From the NCBI GenBank assembly GCA_964351125.1, contig CAYGMI010000007.1:1-25158 (forward strand): a stretch of 25,158 bases of DNA, in the 5' to 3' direction. Positions 15,889-24,399 of this stretch are shown here, piece after piece (the first letter of the stretch is position 1; every line of letters starts with the position of its first letter). The notes below the pieces were generated by a model. It was not told where the DNA came from. It worked only from the letters and a program-made list of their open reading frames with translations, and searched no databases. This DNA is from an uncultured Candidatus Saccharibacteria bacterium. GTDB lineage: Bacteria > Patescibacteriota > Dojkabacteria > J137 > JAEUSD01. A program made the position numbers and the translations under genes.

Positions 15889-16639
15889 GTTCGCACACAA
15901 GCTTGTAGAAGCTTTATCCCCTACACCAGACGATCTAATAATTGAAATTGGTCCTGGAGACGGTCGTGTCACTAGGTTACTTTTAGAGACTGGAGCACAG
16001 GTGGTTGCTATCGAAGTCGATTACGACCTTATTCCAAAACTAATCATGAAGTTTAGAGACTTCCCAAACTTCAAACTAATTAACGAGAGTATTACAGAAC
16101 AGTCAATACCAGAAATTCTAAATGAATTTTCGAAACAGAACTACAAAGTGGTGGGGTCTCTGCCCTACAACATATCTAAGCAAATAATTTCTAAGTTTTT
16201 CGAAGAAGATACTAAGCCGACAAGAATGGCATTTATAGTTCAAGAAGAAGTCGCCAAAACTTATGCAGCTCAACCTCCTAAGGCATCATTCTTAAGCAAT
16301 TATGCGAATGCTTTTGCCAACACCAAAAAGCTAGTATCCATACCTAATACACAATTTTTTCCAGTTCCTAAAGTTAATGGAGCTATCATTACATTTGATT
16401 GCAAAGAAACCGTTAATCCAAACCTAAATCTGCTGGTTAAATTGCTAAGGATTGGATTCGCCTCTCCACGTAAGACGCTAAAGAACAATCTAGGGTCGAC
16501 TTGGCACGAGAAAAAGACAGAGATAGATCACCTGCTTTCTGAATCAAATCTTAAACCCACCGCCAGGCCAGCAGAATTGACAGAATCGGAATGGGAACAA
16601 CTTACACAGCAATTAATTTCCAGTGGGATACTAAAATAG
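15839..16639 (+). CDS. rsmA: 16S rRNA m6(2)A1518/1519 dimethyltransferase RsmA/KsgA
   Basis: KKAFGQNFL, IEIGPGDG, IEVD, VVGSLPYNIS, VQEEVA, FFPVPKV, FASPRKTLKNNL, RPAEL. Overlaps the hydrolase 3' end by 50 nt. Confidence 0.93.
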   Translation: MHKFKKAFGQNFLRNDRFAHKLVEALSPTPDDLIIEIGPGDGRVTRLLLETGAQVVAIEVDYDLIPKLIMKFRDFPNFKLINESITEQSIPEILNEFSKQNYKVVGSLPYNISKQIISKFFEEDTKPTRMAFIVQEEVAKTYAAQPPKASFLSNYANAFANTKKLVSIPNTQFFPVPKVNGAIITFDCKETVNPNLNLLVKLLRIGFASPRKTLKNNLGSTWHEKKTEIDHLLSESNLKPTARPAELTESEWEQLTQQLISSGILK

Positions 16640-16651
16640 ATATACTGAGGT

Positions 16652-17470
16652 GTGAATCTAAATAATATCAAAGAAAAACTAACTAAGATAAAGAACTCTA
16701 TCAGTTCTAATGTCAAACTCCCAAGGCTAGGAAAACCAGATCAAGGAGACCTTACCAAAATAGAGTTAATTGAGATGTGGCTTACCAGCTTTATTTGGGC
16801 TGCAGTTTTTATTGTATTAATCGCAGTCGCCATATTTCTAGGCTACTGGATTTTTAGTAGGTCTCATCCTAAGGTATTTACAGGTATTAACTACTATAGA
16901 AGCCCAATTAGTGTCGAGATCGAAGGAGAAGTATATAAATTGGAGCCTTTCGAAATCTATACTCACCAAACACAATCAGTAGGGGATATTTCGATCTCAG
17001 TAAAAGATAGCTCTAATAAGGTTATAGAAACAAGAAATCACGCTACTACCAACCTTTCTGGAGTTGCCTTAGATTTTTTCGCGCCTGCCGGAGGAATAGA
17101 CCTATGTATCGTAGAGTTGGATGTAACGGAATTCTTTTACCCACTCAACAGCAAGCCAAATCGTGAAGTCTATCTTGCATCTGAACTTAAACAGGAACCA
17201 ACAAGAAGCTACTATTACCAGTACAGTGTCCTGTCAGATACAGTCGGATTGCTTTCGCTAAATAACTACGATGGTAAACATCTGCCCTCAGAGGTACTGG
17301 AATCCCAGAAGATTCTAGGCATTTATATTGTTGAATGTGACAAAGTAAATGACCAAGATGCACTTACCGCTGAGGCAAGATGGTGGACATTCTACAATCC
17401 ACAAAAACAACAAGAGCTATATCAAAAAGAAGTAGAAGAAATAGATAGCACTCCTGAGTACCAGATTTAG
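16652..17470 (+). CDS. Hypothetical single-pass membrane protein
   Basis: 272 aa, GTG start; basic N-terminus, one TM (approx. aa 43-68), beta-rich C-terminal domain with two Cys. No family recognised. Confidence 0.75.
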   Translation: MNLNNIKEKLTKIKNSISSNVKLPRLGKPDQGDLTKIELIEMWLTSFIWAAVFIVLIAVAIFLGYWIFSRSHPKVFTGINYYRSPISVEIEGEVYKLEPFEIYTHQTQSVGDISISVKDSSNKVIETRNHATTNLSGVALDFFAPAGGIDLCIVELDVTEFFYPLNSKPNREVYLASELKQEPTRSYYYQYSVLSDTVGLLSLNNYDGKHLPSEVLESQKILGIYIVECDKVNDQDALTAEARWWTFYNPQKQQELYQKEVEEIDSTPEYQI

Positions 17471-17558
17471 TACGTTCCCTTGAATATAATGCCTATTTTA
17501 TGGCATACTAACTAACACAGCCCAGTCGAATTTTGCACGAATTTGCACTAACTATATT

Positions 17559-19262
17559 ATGCCTAGACAGCCTAAGCGCATCTCAAAAAAACAAAAAAGA
17601 ACAAATGGGTTTTATTTCTGGGGCTTTGCAACGATAATAATTATTGTGGCATTGGTCCAAGTGACCAGTAACATCTCTAGCTCTGCTAATGCTCTTGGAG
17701 GAATAGATATCCCCGTTACCGCTGCAACAACAGGTGAAATTTGGTGGAATCCCGAATATTCCTCTCGTAAAAAACTCGACACTACTAATAAAACCGATAC
17801 TACACTTAAGTATGTTTTCGACCACAAAGCTCTAGTTGACTCAAATCTATCAATACCTGATGCTAGCGACATTAAACTTATCGCACAGGTTCAGGATATT
17901 TCTGACGAGGTAGCATTCGATATTCAAAGAGTTAACCGTGATAATACTACAATTGTATTCGATATCTCTAAGTACCCTACAGCTTCTTACTTTATCTATT
18001 TTGGTAATTCCTTACCTCTACCATCGAAGGTGTTAGGTACTTTTAAGCTTGATCCTAATTCAGCTGAGCTAATCACTGCAGGTGAAATAGAACACCCCAA
18101 TCTACTAATAGGCACTCAAAAGACTTGGAATCTAACCAGTGATGAGATAACAGAAGTAGCTCTAAACTATAGATCTGCCTCTGCAGTCGAGAGAAGTCAT
18201 ATTTACTATGTTTTAGACGAAAAAGCTAAATTAATCGATACAGATCTGACTAGCTTAGGTACTGAGGGTGAACTAAAACTAAAATTGGATAAAAAAGTTA
18301 CAGCCGGATATCATTCACTATTCTTGGTGATCGATACTGACCAGGGACTTATCAGAAGTAATTCGGTTAATGTAGTCGTTTCTGCACCACTTTATGTAGC
18401 AATGACAATTGACTGGGAAGGTCGCGGCGGCGAACAGGATTGGGTACTTCAGGAATTTACTAATATTGCAAACGAGTATGGTGTTAAGTTCACACACTTC
18501 TTCAATCCAAGAGTATTTATTTCCCAGTTCGTGCCGGAATATCAAGCAAACCTAATTACTAGCTGGGTAAAAGCCAGACACGAAGTATACGGTGATGAAG
18601 TTGCACTACATCTGCACATGTTCTATGACATGGTAGAAGCAGCAGGCGTTGAACCAATTAAAGCTCCTGGGTGGGGAACAGGTATCGATGGCTATGATGT
18701 ACTTACCTCTGGATACAGTTATCAAGATATAACTAAAATGTTAACCTGGAGTCTAAAAGAGTTTGAGAAAGCTGGACTTCCAAGACCAAAAGGATTTAGA
18801 GCAGGAGGATGGTTTGCAAATATGGATACTTTGAGAGCAGTAAATGATGCTGGTTTTGAGTATGACTCCTCTGGTCGCGAGCAGTATACTTTCGGCAGTC
18901 TAGAGGCCAAAGGTAATTGGAATCTATTACACACAACTCAACCTTACTTTCCATCTCAGACAGACCAGAATCTAGTAGGTACAGATATTAGACTAAATCT
19001 ATTGGAGATACCTAATAATGGAAACGACTCCTACTGGTTTAATGAACAGCAGCTAATCGACAGATTCTATATGAATTACAATCCAGGAGAAATACTAAAC
19101 AATCCCGTAATGGTTACATATCTTTCGCACCCTGATTGGTACTTTACAGACAAGCCACGTATAGAAAGACTTCTACAAGAAATCGATCAATATACGTGGC
19201 AAAACGATTCTGGTCCTGTCGTATTTACTACAATAGAAGATACTTTACCAGTGTGGAATTAA
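17559..19262 (+). CDS. Membrane-anchored polysaccharide-deacetylase-like (CE4/NodB fold) protein with a DUF2341-like N-terminal region
   Basis: Basic N-terminus plus TM; WWNPEYSSRK..FDHKALV...DASDIK resembles DUF2341-type domains; C-terminal TIDWEG, ALHLH, GFRAGGW, GFEYDSS, LLEIP, YLSHP. Confidence 0.75.
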   Translation: MPRQPKRISKKQKRTNGFYFWGFATIIIIVALVQVTSNISSSANALGGIDIPVTAATTGEIWWNPEYSSRKKLDTTNKTDTTLKYVFDHKALVDSNLSIPDASDIKLIAQVQDISDEVAFDIQRVNRDNTTIVFDISKYPTASYFIYFGNSLPLPSKVLGTFKLDPNSAELITAGEIEHPNLLIGTQKTWNLTSDEITEVALNYRSASAVERSHIYYVLDEKAKLIDTDLTSLGTEGELKLKLDKKVTAGYHSLFLVIDTDQGLIRSNSVNVVVSAPLYVAMTIDWEGRGGEQDWVLQEFTNIANEYGVKFTHFFNPRVFISQFVPEYQANLITSWVKARHEVYGDEVALHLHMFYDMVEAAGVEPIKAPGWGTGIDGYDVLTSGYSYQDITKMLTWSLKEFEKAGLPRPKGFRAGGWFANMDTLRAVNDAGFEYDSSGREQYTFGSLEAKGNWNLLHTTQPYFPSQTDQNLVGTDIRLNLLEIPNNGNDSYWFNEQQLIDRFYMNYNPGEILNNPVMVTYLSHPDWYFTDKPRIERLLQEIDQYTWQNDSGPVVFTTIEDTLPVWN

Positions 19263-19738
19263 TATCCTCTATCTAGCTCTATTATTTTATATTCTTTGTT
19301 TCCTGATGGTGAGGCAACTTTTATGCTATCTCCAGGCTTTCTGCCCAGAATAGCGGATCCAAGTGGTGAACTTGCAGTAATACATCTTTCACCCCTGTGA
19401 AAATCAACTCTATCTACAATTTTCAATCTAGCCGTAGTCCCGTTGGGCATTTCCAGTACTACTATATCACCAACTAGCACTTCTTTTACTGAATCAGAAC
19501 TAGTTGAATTAGTTCGCGCAGAATACTGGGCTAAAAGAGATTCTAATTCGAGAATCCTGGATTCCCAATAATCTCTTTTATTATCTGCACTCACTGCCAT
19601 CAACGTATCGTCGAAACGGTTACCCGTATAGTCTACGGCGATGCTGTTGATAATTTGAAGCTTTTCGCGAGCTTGCGAAATTTGCTCCTGAATCCTTACT
19701 AAAGCCTCCTCCTGTTGAAGACCTTGCGTTATTAGCAT
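19259..19738 (-). CDS. GreA/GreB-family transcription factor homolog, non-canonical (Gfh1-like tip)
   Basis: LITQG start, coiled coil ending ESRILELESLL, C-terminal VLVGDIV..ITASSPLGSAILGRKPGD..VASPSG; tip reads GNRFDD instead of GDLxEN. Confidence 0.85.
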   Translation of the reverse strand: MLITQGLQQEEALVRIQEQISQAREKLQIINSIAVDYTGNRFDDTLMAVSADNKRDYWESRILELESLLAQYSARTNSTSSDSVKEVLVGDIVVLEMPNGTTARLKIVDRVDFHRGERCITASSPLGSAILGRKPGDSIKVASPSGNKEYKIIELDRGY

Positions 19739-19812
19739 GCGAGTAAGATTAAAATGTACTCTGGATTAAACCATACAAATTTTAAAAGTATATAAACAAT
19801 CACTAGTCAAGA

Positions 19813-19830
19813 TATATACAACTATATACA
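19813..19830 (+). repeat. Direct repeat TATATACA x2, 10-bp period; candidate OmpR-type operator
   Basis: TATATACA at 19813-19820 and 19823-19830; a degenerate copy TATATAAA at 19789-19796. Confidence 0.45.
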
Positions 19831-19853
19831 GGACACAATGCAAGAAAATAAGG

Positions 19854-19859
19854 TAAAAT
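19854..19859 (+). promoter_or_regulatory. Putative -10 (TAAAAT), leaderless response-regulator mRNA
   Basis: TAAAAT ends 6 nt before ATG 19866. Confidence 0.5.
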
Positions 19860-19865
19860 CAAACC

Positions 19866-20534
19866 ATGAAAATATGCATAGTCGAAGATTCAAAAAGTTT
19901 ACTATACAGTTTAAAACAGCTTCTAATAGAAGAGAAATATGTCGTGCGCGGTTTCGACTCACCAAAAGAGGCTCTACAAGTAATTCCCGGAGAGGAATTT
20001 GACCTGTTCATGCTTGATGTAAATCTGCCAGATATGACTGGTTATGAGCTTGCTTCTAAGGTAAGGGAGTACCACCCTACTTCTGCAATAATGTTCTTAA
20101 CTGTAAGAGACAGCATCGAAGATAAAATTACAGGCTTTGAAGCCGGAGCAGATGATTACATCACAAAGCCTTTTGAACCTGCAGAACTAATTGCTAGAGT
20201 AAAAGCGCTTCTAAGAAGAAAGGTAATGGAACATCAAGAAGAACTAAATTTTGATAATCTCAAGCTAAACGTAGAAGACAAACAGGTTTATTACAAAGAC
20301 GAAGAATTGTCTTTAACATTAACAGAGTTTCAAATACTAGAATATCTGATGAGAAATATTGGTAAAGTTATCGATAAAGATAGGATAGCTAGTATGATCT
20401 GGGATGATCCATTCGAAATGAGTCCAAACCTTGTGTCAGTTTATGTAAGTAAACTTAGAAAGAAAATTGAAGAAATAAGTGGAGGCCACGAAGTGATAAA
20501 AACCGTAAAAGGATTCGGATATCGTATCGGGTAG
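19866..20534 (+). CDS. OmpR/PhoB-family response regulator (no kinase in window)
   Basis: IVED, MLDVNLPDMTG (phospho-Asp), FLTVR, GADDYITKPF, winged helix LTLTEFQILEYL..VYVSKLRKKI..IKTVKGFGY. Confidence 0.95.
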   Translation: MKICIVEDSKSLLYSLKQLLIEEKYVVRGFDSPKEALQVIPGEEFDLFMLDVNLPDMTGYELASKVREYHPTSAIMFLTVRDSIEDKITGFEAGADDYITKPFEPAELIARVKALLRRKVMEHQEELNFDNLKLNVEDKQVYYKDEELSLTLTEFQILEYLMRNIGKVIDKDRIASMIWDDPFEMSPNLVSVYVSKLRKKIEEISGGHEVIKTVKGFGYRIG

Positions 20535-20557
20535 TAGATATGCAAGCTCAATTTAAG

Positions 20558-20563
20558 TAGAAT
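20558..20563 (+). promoter_or_regulatory. Putative -10 (TAGAAT), leaderless P-type ATPase mRNA
   Basis: TAGAAT ends 6 nt before ATG 20570; TAGATA lies 17 nt upstream of it (-35-like). Confidence 0.5.
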
Positions 20564-20569
20564 TGAGCT

Positions 20570-23059
20570 ATGAAACCTGATATGAAAGGGCTCACATCTG
20601 CCCAATACCGCACAAACGTAACTAAATATGGACTAAACCAACTTCCGGAGGCTAAACCACCCTCAAAGTTAAAGATCCTTATCTCTCAGTTCTTAAATCC
20701 ACTAGTACTAGTTTTACTCGTAGCTGCTCTTCTTACTGTTGCTATTGGATTTATTTCGCATGAAGGTGAAGTAGATTTTACCGAATTCATAGGTATCATG
20801 TTGGTGGTAATCATAAATGGAGCGTTAGGATACTTCCAAGAAAACCAAGCAGAAGATACTTTGCAGGCACTAACTCAAACCATAAAACCACACTGTGTAG
20901 TTATTAGAGATGGAGAAAGAAAAACTATTCTGGTGTCGGAATTAACAGTTGGAGATGTGGTAGAACTAAAACTCGGAGATAAAGTTCCCGCAGATGGAGT
21001 AATATTCAAATCTACAGATATATCAGCAAATGAATCTATTCTTACTGGAGAATCTGACCCCGTTCAAAAGGAAGCTTACCAATCCGAAATTAATCTGGAG
21101 TCTTCAGAAGACATAGAAGAAAAACACTTTCTATATATGGGCACTTCTGTAATGAGTGGAATCGGAAAAATGGTAGTTACCCAGATAGCAGCCCAAACTA
21201 AGTTTGGCCAAATTGCCGACAGTTTGATCAACCAAGAGACCTCAGATACCCCACTGCAAGCGAGATTAAAGCAATTTACCCGCGCACTAACTATACTAAT
21301 TCTGGCGCTATCTAGTTTGATTGCTGTTTGGGGCATTTTAAAAGGCCTAGATGTTGTGGAAATCTTAGATATTGCAATTTCAGTAGCTGTCTCTACCATT
21401 CCAGAAGGACTAGTCGTTGCTCTTACTGTAATTTTGGCGCTTGGAATGCGTAGGATACTTAAAAGAAATGCCGTGGTACGCAAGTTGGTGGCAGCAGAAA
21501 CCTTAGGGTCTGTAGACACTATTTGTATCGACAAAACAGGCACTCTTACATTAGGAAGGATGGAGGTATTGCAGACATTCTTTAATGATCAAGATCTTGG
21601 CATGAGAGCTCTACTTGCAACTAATCACCAGGTCAACTCAGTTGAAATTGCTACCAACAAATGGCTCAAATCTAGAATGACAGCCAGGCAAGAAGCGGAA
21701 TTTAAACAAGAGGAATACAATGATTTTAAAATATTTGATTCAACCAGTAAATTCTCGGCAACTGCGGGTTCAGAAAACACATATTATGTAGGAGCCCCAG
21801 AAGTGATATTACAAAATACAGATCTGGGTGACAAAGACAAACAGCATTGGGAAGATGAAATTCTTAAACTATCTACTAAAGGAATTAGGCTTATCGCTGT
21901 AGGGTACTCACCATCATTAGAGAATAAGTTCTCGACTAAAGAAGTGCCTAAAGGGATCAGATGGATAGGACTTGTTGGGATAGAAGACCCAATCCGCCCT
22001 AACCTTAAAAAAGTGTTTGAACAGGCGTATGAGGCAGGAATACAAGTAAAAGTAATTACTGGAGATTATGGAGAAACTGCACGAGCAGTGATGGAGAGAA
22101 TAGGAATTGATCTCCAAAGTGACGAAATGGTTTCTGGCAAAGAATTAGCCGAGTTGTCAGATGAACAACTGGTTGTAGCGCTCAAGAAAGTTCAGCTGTT
22201 CTATAGAACTACTCCTCAACAAAAACTGAGAATTATTACCTCTCTACAAAGCCAAGGGCACGTGGTTGCGATGATGGGAGACGGTATAAACGATACTCCT
22301 GCACTAAAGAAGGCAGAAATCGGAATTGTAGTCGAAAACGCTACCGACTTCTCAAAGGAAATAGCAGACATGGTATTACTAGACTCCAACTTCAAAACTA
22401 TTATTGCTGCAGTGGAAGAAGGTCGGAATATATTCGAAAACATGCGTAAGGTGATCGCATACTTACTCAGTGATGCATTCGATGCACTAGTAATAATTCT
22501 TGGGTCCCTTGCCTTGGGTTACCAACTGCCTTTAATTCCCCTTCAGATACTCTATATTAACTTTGTTGCAGACGGTTTACCTGATCTTGCTCTAGCCTTC
22601 GAAAAGCCTGAACACGAGGTAATGAAGGATAAACCAAAGCCAAAAGACTACCCTCTTGTAGATGCTGAGGTAAGGTCCATGGTAATTACTGTGGGATTAG
22701 TTGTGGCATCCGCCATGCTAGGACTCTACTCTATCTTACTCTCACAGGGTGTCGCACTACACTATGCCAGAACATTAATTTTTGCGACTGTAGGAATAAA
22801 CTCTTTAGTATATGTGTTTCCTATTAGATCTTTCAGAAAGAATCTATGGCATATGAATCCATTCAGTAATAAACTGCTTAATCTTGGAGTGTTAATAGGT
22901 TTTGTGAGTATTTTTGCAGCAATATATGTGCCTTTCTTACAACACATACTCGAAACAGTCCCTTTAATTGCAGCAGATTGGATAATTGTTCTCGGAATAG
23001 CCCTGGTAGATGTCTTAATCATCGAACTTATCAAAATTAGATTTATTTCTAAACACTAG
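20570..23059 (+). CDS. Cation-transporting P-type II ATPase (Ca2+/PacL-like)
   Basis: LTGES, IPEGL, CIDKTGTLT (phospho-Asp), ITGD, TPQQK, MGDGINDTPAL, QILYINFVADG. Confidence 0.95.
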   Translation: MKPDMKGLTSAQYRTNVTKYGLNQLPEAKPPSKLKILISQFLNPLVLVLLVAALLTVAIGFISHEGEVDFTEFIGIMLVVIINGALGYFQENQAEDTLQALTQTIKPHCVVIRDGERKTILVSELTVGDVVELKLGDKVPADGVIFKSTDISANESILTGESDPVQKEAYQSEINLESSEDIEEKHFLYMGTSVMSGIGKMVVTQIAAQTKFGQIADSLINQETSDTPLQARLKQFTRALTILILALSSLIAVWGILKGLDVVEILDIAISVAVSTIPEGLVVALTVILALGMRRILKRNAVVRKLVAAETLGSVDTICIDKTGTLTLGRMEVLQTFFNDQDLGMRALLATNHQVNSVEIATNKWLKSRMTARQEAEFKQEEYNDFKIFDSTSKFSATAGSENTYYVGAPEVILQNTDLGDKDKQHWEDEILKLSTKGIRLIAVGYSPSLENKFSTKEVPKGIRWIGLVGIEDPIRPNLKKVFEQAYEAGIQVKVITGDYGETARAVMERIGIDLQSDEMVSGKELAELSDEQLVVALKKVQLFYRTTPQQKLRIITSLQSQGHVVAMMGDGINDTPALKKAEIGIVVENATDFSKEIADMVLLDSNFKTIIAAVEEGRNIFENMRKVIAYLLSDAFDALVIILGSLALGYQLPLIPLQILYINFVADGLPDLALAFEKPEHEVMKDKPKPKDYPLVDAEVRSMVITVGLVVASAMLGLYSILLSQGVALHYARTLIFATVGINSLVYVFPIRSFRKNLWHMNPFSNKLLNLGVLIGFVSIFAAIYVPFLQHILETVPLIAADWIIVLGIALVDVLIIELIKIRFISKH

Positions 23060-23068
23060 TACAAAAAT

Positions 23069-24373
23069 ATGAATACTGACAAAAGAAATAACTTTGCAGC
23101 TGCAGTGATAGTAATTAGTCTATTGCCTGGGATTGCCTTATTAAGATTTGAACAACTTGAGTTATCACTAGATATCTTGTTGTTCATAGCTCGAATTGGT
23201 GGAGTTTTTGGAATCGGGTTGATGGTTTGGGAAGTAATTTTGGCATCAAGAACGATCAGTAAAAGACTAACTCCAGACTATATGTTCCTCCTAAAAATAC
23301 ATAAATACGTAGGTAAGTATGGGGCTTTCTTAATCCTGGTACATCCGCTTCTTTACGTCTTTTATTACCTAATCAAGTATCAGGTCAATTTATTAAACAT
23401 TAACTTCTCTAGTAAATTCTCGGTAGCAATATTCATAGGGATGATAGCTACTTTGATGTTGTTAATCATTTGGGTTACTAGTGTATCTCTACGTAAGAAG
23501 TTGAAGTTTAGATCCTGGCACCTAATCCATACACTTACATATATTTTAGTTCCCACCGCCATCCTACATACTTGGATGATAAGTTCTTCAGATCTAGCTA
23601 GAGCTTTTTGGGGGATTTACACAATAATATATTTCTCGATGCTGGCCTATCAGATAGCCTTCAGATTTGGTCACTTCAGAACTAAATATACCGTTGAATC
23701 GACAGAAACCGTTGCTGACAATACTTTTACTATTGTAATGAAACCCGTCACTAACAAATATATCAAACCAGAGCCTGGACAATTTGTGTACCTCAAACAT
23801 CAGATAATACCTGAAATACATCCGTATTCAGTAAGTAACTTCGATCCGAATACCGGAAACATAAGTGTCACCGTAAAAGATCTCGGCCCATTCAGTCATG
23901 TATTAGAAACTATTCAAGTTGGAGATCCGATCTCCCTGGACGGTGCATATGGAGTATTTTCTCAGGAAGCATTTTTGGACAATCACCCTGCAGTGTTACT
24001 AGCAGGAGGAATAGGCATTACACCTTTTATGCCACTTATTCGCAAGATTGAGAGCGGCTGGAATAAGCCTGTTTTTCTGTTCTACGGAAACAGAGCACAA
24101 AAAGATATTGCATTTCTGGACTACCTAAATAAACTGAGTACAGAGAATCCTAACTTCGCAGTTATTCATGTATTAGAAAAAGCTGATGATGCAAATATAC
24201 CTCACGAACTAGGATTCATATCAGAGGAAGTAATTGCCAAACATCTTCCCGACAAAATTCAGAACTATGACTTTTATGTTGTGGGGCCCCCTCCTATGAT
24301 GGGTGCAATGCAAAAGATGTTTGACAAAGTGGGTGTTCCAAAGCACCGAAGGCATTTCGAAAAGTTTAACTAA
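23069..24373 (+). CDS. Ferric-reductase-like transmembrane domain fused to an FNR-type FAD/NAD(P)H-binding domain
   Basis: Six-TM N-terminus with His pairs (IHKYVG..VHP; WHLIH..LH), PGQF, HPYS, GPFS, DGAYG, LAGGIGITP, YGNR, YVVGPPPM, HFEKF. Confidence 0.9.
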   Translation: MNTDKRNNFAAAVIVISLLPGIALLRFEQLELSLDILLFIARIGGVFGIGLMVWEVILASRTISKRLTPDYMFLLKIHKYVGKYGAFLILVHPLLYVFYYLIKYQVNLLNINFSSKFSVAIFIGMIATLMLLIIWVTSVSLRKKLKFRSWHLIHTLTYILVPTAILHTWMISSSDLARAFWGIYTIIYFSMLAYQIAFRFGHFRTKYTVESTETVADNTFTIVMKPVTNKYIKPEPGQFVYLKHQIIPEIHPYSVSNFDPNTGNISVTVKDLGPFSHVLETIQVGDPISLDGAYGVFSQEAFLDNHPAVLLAGGIGITPFMPLIRKIESGWNKPVFLFYGNRAQKDIAFLDYLNKLSTENPNFAVIHVLEKADDANIPHELGFISEEVIAKHLPDKIQNYDFYVVGPPPMMGAMQKMFDKVGVPKHRRHFEKFN

Positions 24374-24385
24374 ATGTATTGTAGA

Positions 24386-24394
24386 TGATATTAT
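24386..24394 (+). promoter_or_regulatory. Putative extended -10 (TGa-TATTAT), leaderless TrmB-like mRNA
   Basis: TGATATTAT ends 5 nt before the in-frame ATG at 24400. Confidence 0.45.
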
Positions 24395-24399
24395 CCACT

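Noticed and set aside
19259-19262. Convergent stop codons sharing TTAA
   Set aside because: Common in compact genomes; no separate significance.
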